From Betaproteobacteria bacterium (GTDB taxonomy: Bacteria > Pseudomonadota > Gammaproteobacteria > Burkholderiales > Burkholderiaceae_A), in NCBI GenBank assembly GCA_016868305.1, contig VGHK01000006.1, positions 2,573-66,572 on the forward strand: a DNA stretch of 64,000 nt. Reading direction: 5' to 3'. The notes below the pieces were generated by a model, which saw nothing but the letters and a program-made list of their open reading frames with translations, was not told the origin of the DNA and ran no database searches. Made by a program: the position numbers and the translations under genes. How positions within the stretch are numbered: the stretch's first letter is position 1; each line of letters begins with the position of its first letter. Shown here in pieces: positions 26,667-36,402 of the stretch.

Positions 26667-27743
26667 ATGAAGCGATCATTTGTAAAAACGATAGTTGCAA
26701 CTGGAATTGGCCTGATGCTGGGGGGGTCTGTCCTCGCGCAGACCACGCTGAAGGTAGCCACCCCTACGCCTGAGAGGGGGTGGTTTGGAGATATCCACAA
26801 GTGGTGGGGCCAGGAAGTAGAAAAGCGCTCCAATGGCGAGATCAAGGTCCAGTTCTTCTGGGCAAACTCGCTTGTTAAATGGGCCGACTGCCTTCCCGCG
26901 CTTCAGTCAGGCATTACAGATCTGTGCTGGGTAAGCAGCAGCTACCACCCTGCAAATCTTCCGAACTACATGGTCCTGGATAACCTACTCAACTATGGCG
27001 ACGATTATGTTGCTGCAGTTAAGGCTGCAATCGACACGCTAGAGCAGCAGCCAGATATGTTAGATGAGATGAAGCGTGCCGATATCGTCAAGCTGATGTC
27101 TCATATTAGTGGTCATGGCCCAATTGGTACTAAGCGTCCCCTGAAATCCTTGGACGAAATGAAAGGTAAGTCTCTTCGCACCTATGGTGGCGCTCGAACC
27201 GACTTCTACCGAGATCTTGGCATGAACCCAATCTTCATGACCTTCCCCGAGATGTATAACGCGATGGATCGTGGTACGGTCGATGCCCTTGGAGAAAACG
27301 TGCTGATGCTCGCCAATTCATTTAAGCTCAATGAGGTGATCGGCAATGTACACATGGCTAACCCCCCTGGAGCCAACGGCAATGGTGGGGTTATCGGCTC
27401 TGCCATTTTTATACGGGGTGAGAGATGGCGCACTCTTAAGCCTGAGCATCAAAAGATGCTTCGCGAACTGCGACTGGAGTACGGCATCCGCTATGCGTCT
27501 AGCCTCATGGAAATGGAGAAGTCAATTCGTACCGACTGGGCTTCGAAGAATAAGATCAATTTCCAGCAGTCTAGTCCTGAGGATGCCCAGAAGATCTTCA
27601 AAGCGGCAAACACCGCCAATGACATCTTCTTTAAGAAGCAAGAGGCCGCTGGCGCCAAGAATGTTCGTGCAGTTTATGATTACTATCTGAAGGCGCGTCA
27701 GAGGTATGAGGAGCAGCACAAGAAAAACGGCCACTTCAATTAA
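26667..27743 (+). CDS. dctP: TRAP substrate-binding protein (paralog 1)
   Basis: Signal peptide; KGKSLR (conserved Arg), EMYNAMDRGTVDA. Confidence 0.88.
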   Translation: MKRSFVKTIVATGIGLMLGGSVLAQTTLKVATPTPERGWFGDIHKWWGQEVEKRSNGEIKVQFFWANSLVKWADCLPALQSGITDLCWVSSSYHPANLPNYMVLDNLLNYGDDYVAAVKAAIDTLEQQPDMLDEMKRADIVKLMSHISGHGPIGTKRPLKSLDEMKGKSLRTYGGARTDFYRDLGMNPIFMTFPEMYNAMDRGTVDALGENVLMLANSFKLNEVIGNVHMANPPGANGNGGVIGSAIFIRGERWRTLKPEHQKMLRELRLEYGIRYASSLMEMEKSIRTDWASKNKINFQQSSPEDAQKIFKAANTANDIFFKKQEAAGAKNVRAVYDYYLKARQRYEEQHKKNGHFN

Positions 27744-27756
27744 TTGAAGCCACCTC

Positions 27757-27785
27757 AAAAAAAGCCCGCGGTTGCGGGCTTTTTT
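27757..27785. terminator. Bidirectional intrinsic terminator
   Basis: A-tract, AGCCCGC-GGTT-GCGGGCT stem-loop, T-tract, between convergent dctP and OYE genes. Confidence 0.88.
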
Positions 27786-28890
27786 AGCTATGTTGAGACC
27801 GCCAGTCGTAGTAGTTGTCTAATGTTGCATAGGGGCTAATCATGTCTGGCACGAAAGATCTCGTCGACTGTCCGCTGCGCACCTTGTTTGGCCAGTCAGG
27901 ATCTGCAAGTGCCCCCTTTCCGATAGAGCAAAAATCTCCCTCTCCAATGGCAATTGCCTGCTCTGCCAACGCCGGCTCATGCAGCTTCCCATTTGCGATT
28001 ACTGGAAGAGAGGTATAGCGTTTCGCAAGGCCGCTTAATGATCTATCGGTGCCAAACACAGGGGTTACGCCAAGGTGAGCTGCCACATGAATATAATCTG
28101 CGCCCGCCTTCTCAAGGGTAGGAAAAATAACCTTCGCGTCTTCATCACCCCCTGGCCACTGATACTCAAGGTCATTTACTTTGGTCTGAGAAATACGCAC
28201 CCCAATGGTGAAATCAGGAAGGGCCTTTCGGAGCGTCTCTAAGATTAATATATGAAATCGAAGGCGATTCTTGAGGCTTCCACCGAACTCGTCGGTGCGC
28301 TGGTTGGTATAACTCGTAAGAAACTGGTCTGGCAGATAGCCATTAGCTCCGTGCAACTCGACCCCATCAAAGCCGGCAGCTTTGGCATTTTGGGCGGCCT
28401 TCACATAGCTCTCAATGACCTCAAATATCTCGTCTCGGCTAATTTCTTGAGGCATCTGAAACGGACCATTGTTTCCGCGGTATCGGGAGATCTGAACTCC
28501 TTTGGGCACTATTGCAGATGGTGCAATAGACCCGCTTACCCAGAAGTTGCCTTGATTGACCGCACCGCCGTGAAATAACTGAGCAATAAATTTCGCTCCT
28601 GCAGCATGCATGGCTTCCACCAACCCAGCCCAGTGCTCGGTCTGGGATACGTTGGCAAGCCCAGGCTGGAAGCTATACCCCTGGCTGTACTTCTCATCAA
28701 TATAAATGGCCTCGGACAGCACGCCTCCCCAGCCTCCAGCCGCGAACTCCAGGTAATACTGCTTCATCTGCTCAGTAACCAGGCCAGACTCGGTAGCGGA
28801 CGCACGTGTCAGTGATGAGACGAGGCAACGGTTGGAGAGTGGGATCCTCCCTAGCCGTCCTGGCGAAAAAAGTTGTGGGAACTGCGCCAT
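27784..28890 (-). CDS. NADH:flavin oxidoreductase (Old Yellow Enzyme family)
   Basis: FSPGRLG, QLFHGG, AGFDGVELHGANGYL.DQFL, NQRTDEFGGS..NR. Confidence 0.92.
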   Translation of the reverse strand: MAQFPQLFSPGRLGRIPLSNRCLVSSLTRASATESGLVTEQMKQYYLEFAAGGWGGVLSEAIYIDEKYSQGYSFQPGLANVSQTEHWAGLVEAMHAAGAKFIAQLFHGGAVNQGNFWVSGSIAPSAIVPKGVQISRYRGNNGPFQMPQEISRDEIFEVIESYVKAAQNAKAAGFDGVELHGANGYLPDQFLTSYTNQRTDEFGGSLKNRLRFHILILETLRKALPDFTIGVRISQTKVNDLEYQWPGGDEDAKVIFPTLEKAGADYIHVAAHLGVTPVFGTDRSLSGLAKRYTSLPVIANGKLHEPALAEQAIAIGEGDFCSIGKGALADPDWPNKVRSGQSTRSFVPDMISPYATLDNYYDWRSQHS

Positions 28891-28893
28891 ATT

Positions 28894-30648
28894 TCACCCT
28901 TTTGGAATTACCGGTAAGAGCAGGTAAGCTTGGCGGTCTACTCCCGCATGGAGACGGACATCTCCCCCAAACACCTCGGCCGGCCTATCTCTGGGATCGT
29001 TATGCACAAACGGCCCACATCCATGCCATTGGGTCCCTAGTGTCTCAAGCCCCTTACTGGGGCCCCCAGGATACTCGTAATCCTTTCCACGTATTGTTAG
29101 GGCAAGTCGGTAGCCTTTTGGTAGGTCGATACAGGTTGGCCATATCTCGACATCCACCGCATAGACCTCACCGGGCTTAAGCTTTTGTTCCTCGTCATGG
29201 GTATGGTAAGGCCGGTAGGGCAGGCTTAGGCTGGGGTCGGTCTTTCGATGGGACACCCGCAGCCAGCCTTGGGCAATAGGCGTGTGGGGGTCCAGTGCCC
29301 CCTGGAACACCACTTCTTTCATATTGGGATCAAACGCCCGTACGATGAGAAACAGGTCTGCATCATTGGTGCTTGAGGATACCCAAAGCTTGGCAGCGAT
29401 GGGTCCGGTAATCTCGGTAGATGCCTCTAGGGGCGGTGTCATAAGTGTCACGCCATCGCTCAATCCCCCGTAGGTTACCGAGGAACTCGTTGACTGCGGG
29501 GACTGTGAGATTTCTAGCCTGTCATAGTCAAGAAAATACCTGGTCCACTGGGTCCGGACGAGAGGCCATTCGTTTTCGTGCCGCTCAACAAACTTTTCTC
29601 CCGGATGGCGAACCTGGAGCAATACCCGCGGCATCTCTTGCCAACCGGACTTTTCTCCCTTGAGAAAGTGCCCCATGAATTTTTTTTGCAGACTAAGACC
29701 ATAATTTGTGTAGAAATGGGTCCAGTGCTCAATGCCATGCACCTCCAACCACTTCTCTGATGCGGCCGCGCGCGTAAATGCCTCGAAGTTACCGCGAGGA
29801 TGCAGCCCTTGGCCACCCCAGTTTGCTGCGGACAGAAAAGGGGTCTTCACCTTGGACCAGTCTGGCATTCGTGACTGCCAGAACTCGTCGGTGTCGAGCT
29901 TTCGGGAGATGCAGTCTTGGTAGAAGTCGCGACGGTTTGCCCCAAGCTCTTCGTCTGTGAGAGTCTCTGGCCCTGATACCCAGTCGCCGGTGAGCCTGCT
30001 TCTAAAGCCTTTTTTCCCTCTGCCATTCTGAACAGAGTAGACCTGGGATTTGGACCAGTCTTGGACGAACCCGCGGTTAAAGATCCCACCGTGGTGCGCC
30101 ATGTCTCTATAGAAGTCTGCTGCGGCCTCCCATGGAATCATTGCCGCAAGATGCTTTGGCTGTAGTGCTGCGCACTGCCATTGGTTCTGCCCGAAATAAG
30201 AAATGCCATTGAGCCCCACTTTTCCGTTGGACCAGGACTGAACGCCCGCCCAGTCGACGCAGATGGCGAGGTCTTTGGCCTCGCGTAGAGACCAGATATC
30301 GATCACGCCCTCGGAACGGCCAGCGCCACGGCTATCTACGCGCACAATGACATAGCCATCGGGCACCCATTTTTCTGGGTCAACTACCTCCCAGACCTGG
30401 TACTTATTGGTCGAATCTGTGGGAACCTCGGGATGGGTTGTACACATCGTACGCCACTGCGCACCATAGAGGTCTTCGAAGTGGAGCCACTTTCCGTAGG
30501 GACCCATGGTAAGAATCACAGGGTACTTTCCCTCTGTGGTGGGCCTAAAAATATCGCACCGCAGGGTGATGCCGTCGTCCATAACAATCGGCATGTCCCA
30601 GTCGACTCTCATGCCATCTCTTGTCTCGCTAACCTCACGATAATCCAC
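28894..30648 (-). CDS. CocE/NonD family serine hydrolase (paralog 2)
   Basis: GISYFG; long stretches match paralog 1 (VVDPEKWVP.GY, AANWGGQGLHPRGNFE, EVHGIEHWTHFYT); GTG start with AAGGAGA. Confidence 0.92.
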   Translation of the reverse strand: MDYREVSETRDGMRVDWDMPIVMDDGITLRCDIFRPTTEGKYPVILTMGPYGKWLHFEDLYGAQWRTMCTTHPEVPTDSTNKYQVWEVVDPEKWVPDGYVIVRVDSRGAGRSEGVIDIWSLREAKDLAICVDWAGVQSWSNGKVGLNGISYFGQNQWQCAALQPKHLAAMIPWEAAADFYRDMAHHGGIFNRGFVQDWSKSQVYSVQNGRGKKGFRSRLTGDWVSGPETLTDEELGANRRDFYQDCISRKLDTDEFWQSRMPDWSKVKTPFLSAANWGGQGLHPRGNFEAFTRAAASEKWLEVHGIEHWTHFYTNYGLSLQKKFMGHFLKGEKSGWQEMPRVLLQVRHPGEKFVERHENEWPLVRTQWTRYFLDYDRLEISQSPQSTSSSVTYGGLSDGVTLMTPPLEASTEITGPIAAKLWVSSSTNDADLFLIVRAFDPNMKEVVFQGALDPHTPIAQGWLRVSHRKTDPSLSLPYRPYHTHDEEQKLKPGEVYAVDVEIWPTCIDLPKGYRLALTIRGKDYEYPGGPSKGLETLGTQWHGCGPFVHNDPRDRPAEVFGGDVRLHAGVDRQAYLLLPVIPKG

Positions 30649-30834
30649 GTTGTCTCCTTTTAGGGGTAATTGTCTACTGCATGCTGAAGCTCTAAATTAT
30701 CAATTCTTTAATAGCGATATGGCAACCCTTTTCTTGTGCAGATGGAGCGTACGCTGTCGTATGCCTATTCCAGACTGCAAACCTAGGGAAAATGCTAGTA
30801 ACGGTCTTGGGTAGTTCGGCCGTTAAATCACCTT

Positions 30835-30854
30835 GTTATTGATCAACTAATCAG
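30835..30854 (-). promoter_or_regulatory. Putative operator, site C (reads CTGATT-AGTT-GATCAA-TAAC on -)
   Basis: Shares GATCAATAAC exactly with site A; in the divergent CocE2 / dctP2 region. Confidence 0.45.
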
Positions 30855-30948
30855 CCAAAGATGGACCCTTCTTATCTGCAGGTAAATGTTCTTGCCCCGA
30901 TTGCACTAGAGGCCTTTTGCTCGCCTCGAGCGTAGGGATCGCAGTTCG

Positions 30949-30986
30949 GGCAATGTGTCGCTCACCGGGGGGGGCGATACATTGCC
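30949..30986 (+). other. Stem-loop in the 5' leader of dctP paralog 2
   Basis: GGCAATGTGTCGC / GCGATACATTGCC 13-bp stem (one G-U) with a G8 run in the loop and arm, 30 nt before the ATG. Confidence 0.55.
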
Positions 30987-31016
30987 ATTTCGTATAAACA
31001 CTAAAGGAGACTAGGC

Positions 31017-32102
31017 ATGAAACGTAAATTTCTAAAGCTCATGGGTGCAGGTGTGGCGATTGCTGCGCTGCAGTCGCAGTTGGCCTGGGCACAGCAAGAC
31101 CTACAGCCACAAGTATGGAAGATGGCCATTCCCGTGGGCGAGAAGTCTTGGTTTGGGGAGATGCACAAATGGTGGGGTACAGAGGTTGAAAAGCGCTCTG
31201 GCGGAAAGATCACAGTACGCTACTTTTGGAGCGACTCCCTCGTAAAGTGGGCAGACGCCCTGCCTGGAATTCAGTCGGGTATTGCCGATCTGGCCTGGGT
31301 AAGTAGCACCTACTTTCCGGCAAAGTTCCCCAATTACATGACCATAGACCAGATCTTCAATTTTGGGGACGACTATGTGGCAGCACTTAAAGCCGCGATC
31401 GACACCATGGAGAACCAGCCCGACCTTAAAGCGGAGATTGCGAAAGAAGATATTGTCTTTCTCATGCCGCACATCAGTGGGCACGCTCCTGTCGGCACCA
31501 GACAGCCATTGAAGTCTGTTAAAGATCTCAAGGGAAAGTCGCTGCGAACCTATGGGGGAGCCCGTGTGGACTTCTATAAGACGCTGGACGCTAATCCCAT
31601 TTTTATGCCCTTTGGCGACATGTATAACGCTATTGACCGCGGTACCATCGACGCCCTTGGGGACATGGCCATTCTTTTGAGTAATGCCTTTAAGTTAAAC
31701 GAGGTCGTTCGGCATGTGCACTTTCTCAATCCCCCGGGATCGAAAGGCAATGGAGGCGCTCTGGCCTCTGGCTTTTTTATGACCGGGGCAAAGTTTAGGT
31801 CCCTGCCAAAAGAAACCCAGACAATGCTCATGCAACTTCGTGCAGAGTATACTGAACGTTATGGGCAGTCTCTTATGGATCTTGAGGAGTCCATCAAGGC
31901 CAACTGGGTAAAGAACAGCAAAATCGTATTTCACCAGTCTTCGCCTGAAGACGAGGCCTTTATGCTAGAGAGGGGCAACGCAGCCAACGAACTCCTCTTT
32001 AAACGACAAGAGGCGGCCGGCCACAAAAATGTAAGAGCGGTCTGGGCGCATTTTCAGGGTGCCCGCAAAAAGTTTGAAGCCGAACGAGCAGCAAAGCGAT
32101 AA
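31017..32102 (+). CDS. dctP: TRAP substrate-binding protein (paralog 2, no adjacent permeases)
   Basis: Signal peptide; collinear with paralog 1 (SLVKWAD, GDDYVAA.KAAIDT, KGKSLRTYGGAR, NPPG..GNGG). Confidence 0.88.
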   Translation: MKRKFLKLMGAGVAIAALQSQLAWAQQDLQPQVWKMAIPVGEKSWFGEMHKWWGTEVEKRSGGKITVRYFWSDSLVKWADALPGIQSGIADLAWVSSTYFPAKFPNYMTIDQIFNFGDDYVAALKAAIDTMENQPDLKAEIAKEDIVFLMPHISGHAPVGTRQPLKSVKDLKGKSLRTYGGARVDFYKTLDANPIFMPFGDMYNAIDRGTIDALGDMAILLSNAFKLNEVVRHVHFLNPPGSKGNGGALASGFFMTGAKFRSLPKETQTMLMQLRAEYTERYGQSLMDLEESIKANWVKNSKIVFHQSSPEDEAFMLERGNAANELLFKRQEAAGHKNVRAVWAHFQGARKKFEAERAAKR

Positions 32103-32211
32103 CGCGGGGCATGGATAAAACCTGCCCTAACGCTGCAACCGGGAATGTGTCCGGAAGCAGCAGCTAGTCGCTGCAGAAATCGGCATGATGCTAATGACCT
32201 AGCCCTCCTGG

Positions 32212-33051
32212 CTAATCAAGGTGCAGTGTTTTGCCTAGCCAGGAGGCAACGACAGAAGAAACTTCTTCTTCAACGCCATTGTAAAAATGATCACAATTTT
32301 TAAGAATCCGAACCTCACAAGCACTGGGACACCGTGCCGCAAAAAGCTCGGCAGGATATAGGTCTCGTGGCTCCTGGTCACCACGAATGTATAAAACAGG
32401 GCATCGAATCTGCGATGCCAGCGCTAGTACGTCCGGTAGATTTTCTAACTGGTCTAGAAAGCTTTCAGCGGTAATGGCGTACCACCACCCGGGCAGAAGC
32501 ATTAGCTCCCCACCCTTACCCTTGGACACCATCGCCGTGGCTTTTTCGGTGAATTCAGCGACCCTATCCTGGGCAAGAAGCCCCGCTGCTGAGGCCCTTG
32601 GAACCATATCTCTTCCGCCGCAGTGAGCAGAGAGCAATACCAATGCACGGGTGTCTGGGTGATTGGCGACATGCTGCACGGCAAGCATGCCTCCGTTGCT
32701 ATGGCCAATAACAACCGGGCTGGAAAACCCGCGTTGTGCCAGCCAGCCCGCTGCGAGACGATTGTCTTCGATGGCCTGAGCCGCCGTCTGAAAGGCTGCC
32801 CCTTCAGCCAATCTGCTATTGCGTATCGCAAGGATATCGTGTCCTCTGCGATTGAATGCGAGGCTTGGCATTCCGATCGCAGACAATGCAGGCGGCAAGA
32901 ATCGCAGACTCCCTGTGTAAAAGTTCATGGTGTTTCCATGAAAAAGCAGCGCCGCAGGAAGAGACCTCTTGGCATCGTTATGTTCTACGCTGTAGAAAAG
33001 GCCATCTAGGGGGCTGGAATCGGTGGGAATACTGATGAGCTCTAGCTTCAT
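32212..33051 (-). CDS. Alpha/beta hydrolase
   Basis: LLFHG, FNRRGH, GHSNGG elbow, GDQE, CDHFY. Confidence 0.82.
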   Translation of the reverse strand: MKLELISIPTDSSPLDGLFYSVEHNDAKRSLPAALLFHGNTMNFYTGSLRFLPPALSAIGMPSLAFNRRGHDILAIRNSRLAEGAAFQTAAQAIEDNRLAAGWLAQRGFSSPVVIGHSNGGMLAVQHVANHPDTRALVLLSAHCGGRDMVPRASAAGLLAQDRVAEFTEKATAMVSKGKGGELMLLPGWWYAITAESFLDQLENLPDVLALASQIRCPVLYIRGDQEPRDLYPAELFAARCPSACEVRILKNCDHFYNGVEEEVSSVVASWLGKTLHLD

Positions 33052-33190
33052 GACAAGACCTTATGAGAGTGTGATTAAGCACTATCGTGAACGCAGGTAA
33101 GCCTGGGTACAGATGAGTGAAGCACTTGAGGAATGTGGGCTGTAGAGTTGCGAATCACATGTAATTTTTAACACACAGGAGAGTACATTA

Positions 33191-34180
33191 ATGGAACATA
33201 AACAACTCGGAAAATCCGGACCAGTCGTATCAGTGCAGGGTCTGGGATGTATGGGGATGAGCATCTTTTATGGCCAGCCCAATGATGAGGCCTCGATTGC
33301 CACGATTCACCGGGCGATCGATATGGGCGTCAACATGATCGTTACCTCTGATGCTTACGGGAATGGGGTGAATGAGACTCTTGTAGGAAAGGCACTGAGT
33401 GGCAAGAGAGATAAGGCAGTTGTCTGTACTAAGTTTGGGAATCTCGCTCTTGCAGGTGGAGGGGATACCGGGTACACAGGTGGTCATCCCAATCATGTGG
33501 CTATCTCCTGTGACCGCTCTTTAAAGAGATTAGGTGTCGAGGTCATTGACCTCTATGCACTACATCGTGTGGATCCCACGGTGCCCATCGAAGATACAGT
33601 AGGTGCAATGAAGCGTCTTATAGAGGCAGGCAAGGTACGATTCCTTGGCCTATCAGAGGCGGGGCCGTCAACCATTGAAAGGGCGCATAAGGTGCATCCG
33701 ATAAGCTCCCTGGAGACAGAGTATTCGTTGTGGTCGCGTGACATTGAGGGCGCAATCCTCGAAACCTGTCGCCGTTTAGGCATAGGGCTCATGGCCTATT
33801 CGCCCTTGGGGCGTGGGTTTCTTACGGGGACCATCCGCTCTGTGGATGCTCTCGTTGAGAAAGATGGCCGCAGAAATCAGCCTAGGTTTAAGCCAGAAAA
33901 CATCAGTCAAAACGTATCGCTTCTCGACAAAATGCAGAAGATGGCAGACAGCCTTGGCCTTACTACGGCGCAACTGTCTCTGGCATGGCTTCACGCACAA
34001 GGTCCCGATATTTTTCCAATTCCAGGTACCAAGCAGCCCAAGTATCTCGAGCAGAATGTGGCGGCAACCGCGGTTCGACTGACAGCCGAGCAGAGCGCGA
34101 GTCTGAGCGCGATGTTCCCCAAGGATTCCGCGGCCGGTACCCGCTATCCCGAGCCCGCACTCAAAGGATTGGGTATCTGA
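33191..34180 (+). CDS. Aldo/keto reductase
   Basis: GLGCMGMS, D.YG...NE..VGKAL, TKFG, IDLY.LHRVDP, YSPLGRGFL, PIPGT. Confidence 0.93.
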   Translation: MEHKQLGKSGPVVSVQGLGCMGMSIFYGQPNDEASIATIHRAIDMGVNMIVTSDAYGNGVNETLVGKALSGKRDKAVVCTKFGNLALAGGGDTGYTGGHPNHVAISCDRSLKRLGVEVIDLYALHRVDPTVPIEDTVGAMKRLIEAGKVRFLGLSEAGPSTIERAHKVHPISSLETEYSLWSRDIEGAILETCRRLGIGLMAYSPLGRGFLTGTIRSVDALVEKDGRRNQPRFKPENISQNVSLLDKMQKMADSLGLTTAQLSLAWLHAQGPDIFPIPGTKQPKYLEQNVAATAVRLTAEQSASLSAMFPKDSAAGTRYPEPALKGLGI

Positions 34181-34224
34181 ATTAGCCCCGACTGGGCGTC
34201 GCGTTTTCAAGAGGAGTTGGCAAG

Positions 34225-35253
34225 ATGAAGGCAGCTTGGTATGAGAGGCAGGGTCCCGCTAGTGAGGTTATTCGATATGGCGAGCAGCCCAGCCAGCCGC
34301 TTGGAGAACAGGATGTGCGACTTCGCCTTGCGTTTTCTGGACTCAATCCATCCGATCTAAAGCGTCGAATGGGGTTCAATGGCCAGCCGCATGCCTTTCC
34401 ACTCATCATTCCCAACAGCGACGGGTCCGGGACAGTTCTCGAGGTTGGCGCCAAGGTAAAAGACTTTCGCTTGGGCGACCGCGTCTGGGTTTTTAATGCC
34501 CAGTGGAAAAGGCCCTTTGGCACTAATGCAGAAGAGATCGTTCTGCCGTCGCATCTTGTAAGGCACTTGCCTGAAAACGTGAGCCTTGCTTATGGCGCCT
34601 GCGTTGGCATACCTGCCCTCACGGCCCATCGTGCACTTTTTGCCGATGGATCAATTGAGGGTAAGGTTATTCTGGTGCATGGGGGTGCTGGGTCGGTGGG
34701 GAACTGTGCAATTCAGCTGGCCCGGTGGGCCGGAGCCACTGTGGTCTCTACGGTGAGTTCTGACGAGAAGGCAGAGGCGGCATCAAAGGCGGGTGCAGAC
34801 CAGGTAATTAACTACAAGCGTGAAGACGTCTCTGAAAAGATTTTGTCAAGTACAGACGGCCAGGGAGTAGACCGAATTGTAGAAGTGGCCTTTGGTGAAA
34901 ACCTGCCAATTACGCTAAAAGTACTAAAACCGCATGGGGTTATTTCTTGCTATGCATCAGATCGTCAGCCGACCCCCGCGTTGCCTTTCTATCCTTTCAT
35001 GATGAAGAACCTGACGCTTCGCTGGGTCTTCATGTACGAACTGTTACCCCTAGATCTTCGCGCTGCATTGTCCGATATAAACCTCTGGCTCTCTGGTAAG
35101 TCGCCTGATACGGCGACGCCGCCTCCTATGACAAAGCCCGCCATCGTGTATGAACACATCGATCGAATATTTTCTCTCACTCAGACCGGCGAAGCTCACC
35201 AGTATCTCGGGTCTGGAATCGCAACGGGCAATGTCCTTATTGATGTTCAATAG
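34225..35253 (+). CDS. NADPH:quinone reductase (MDR / zeta-crystallin family)
   Basis: GLNPSD.K, PNSDGSG, VHGGAGSVG, DRIVEV. Confidence 0.88.
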   Translation: MKAAWYERQGPASEVIRYGEQPSQPLGEQDVRLRLAFSGLNPSDLKRRMGFNGQPHAFPLIIPNSDGSGTVLEVGAKVKDFRLGDRVWVFNAQWKRPFGTNAEEIVLPSHLVRHLPENVSLAYGACVGIPALTAHRALFADGSIEGKVILVHGGAGSVGNCAIQLARWAGATVVSTVSSDEKAEAASKAGADQVINYKREDVSEKILSSTDGQGVDRIVEVAFGENLPITLKVLKPHGVISCYASDRQPTPALPFYPFMMKNLTLRWVFMYELLPLDLRAALSDINLWLSGKSPDTATPPPMTKPAIVYEHIDRIFSLTQTGEAHQYLGSGIATGNVLIDVQ

Positions 35254-35271
35254 GCCGACTCTGCCAACCCT

Positions 35272-35928
35272 TCAACGCAAGGGGACCGCTACCCATCTTT
35301 TATAGTTGTCATCTTGGCTGAGGCGTTCTAGCCATCGTGTGAGACTAGTCAAGCGACTGTCGAACACCCCCAAGCAAGCACCCCGATAGGCAATCGGAGC
35401 GAGGGCAATGTCCGCTAGGCTAAGCTGATCTCCCGCCAAGAAAGTCGATCTCTCCAGATGCTGGCTTGCAATTGCAAAATGCTCTAGAGACTCCTGCTCC
35501 GCCTCGTGAATACGGGCAGGTTCACGCTTTTCGGGGGCAAGACGGACACGCTGGCGAAACACGGTCACCATAGGACCGCTTACGCCCCAGAGCGTCCAGT
35601 CGAGCCACTGGTCTACCTGTCCTCTCTGCTGTGGGTCCGCGGGGTAGAGCTCTTCGGCCACCTGCACCGCGCTTGCTGGCAGATGCAGCCTGCTGCAGAG
35701 ATAGCGGCAGATGCTATGTGACTCCCAGATTTGATAGTCGTCATCTTCAAGAAGAGGAACCCGACCATTGGGATTTTTGGCAAGAAAACTCGCAGACCTG
35801 TTTACCGAATGCTCCAAGCCCGCGTCTTCCCGGGTATAGGCCAGACCAAGGGCATCCAGCACCCAGAGCACTTTCTGAACATTGATTGAGGTAACCCGAC
35901 CCCAGACTTTAAGCATTGGGGTCGCCAT
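35272..35928 (-). CDS. Glutathione S-transferase (GstB-like)
   Basis: WGR.TSINVQKVLW, NPNGRVP, WESHSICRYL, SLADI. Confidence 0.9.
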   Translation of the reverse strand: MATPMLKVWGRVTSINVQKVLWVLDALGLAYTREDAGLEHSVNRSASFLAKNPNGRVPLLEDDDYQIWESHSICRYLCSRLHLPASAVQVAEELYPADPQQRGQVDQWLDWTLWGVSGPMVTVFRQRVRLAPEKREPARIHEAEQESLEHFAIASQHLERSTFLAGDQLSLADIALAPIAYRGACLGVFDSRLTSLTRWLERLSQDDNYKRWVAVPLR

Positions 35929-36367
35929 GATCAGGAATCAAGCCTGCTGCAACAATACCGTCTACCGCGCAGATCTCGTCATTCGGAGAGGTTTCGCCGC
36001 TAATGCCGACTGCCCCAAGCAGCGTTCCTTGCGCGTCGCGTATAAGAACTCCCCCCTGTACGGGAACCATATCCCCCTCACTGAGATGCTGAACGGCGTG
36101 TATAAAGAAAGGGGCTTTCTCCGCGCGCCGCTGTAGCTCGCGGTTACCAAATCCCAGGCCAAGGGCACCGCGCGCTTTACCCGTTGCAATCTTAAAGCGA
36201 TAGAGCGATGTTCCATCCTCCGCAAGGTGCACTTTCACCTCGCCTCGAATGTCGAGCACAGTGACGGCAAGCGGCAGAAACTTTCGGGTTCTGGCTGACT
36301 GGAGCGCTTTTTGCGCAATCACGGTTGCGGTTTCTAGAGAAATGGTTTTGAGAGTTACAACTGACAT
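35909..36367 (-). CDS. GlcG/HbpS family heme-binding protein
   Basis: AVTVLD..G, IA.GKA..A, GGVLIRD, GAVGISG, DE.CA..G. Confidence 0.9.
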   Translation of the reverse strand: MSVVTLKTISLETATVIAQKALQSARTRKFLPLAVTVLDIRGEVKVHLAEDGTSLYRFKIATGKARGALGLGFGNRELQRRAEKAPFFIHAVQHLSEGDMVPVQGGVLIRDAQGTLLGAVGISGETSPNDEICAVDGIVAAGLIPDHGDPNA

Positions 36368-36402
36368 TGTCTGGTCTCCGTATTGAAAAAATATCCCGTG
36401 GA

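Noticed and set aside
27734-27749. Perfect 16-bp palindrome CTTCAATTAATTGAAG at the dctP1 stop
   Set aside because: AT-rich single occurrence overlapping a stop codon next to a real terminator; no other support.
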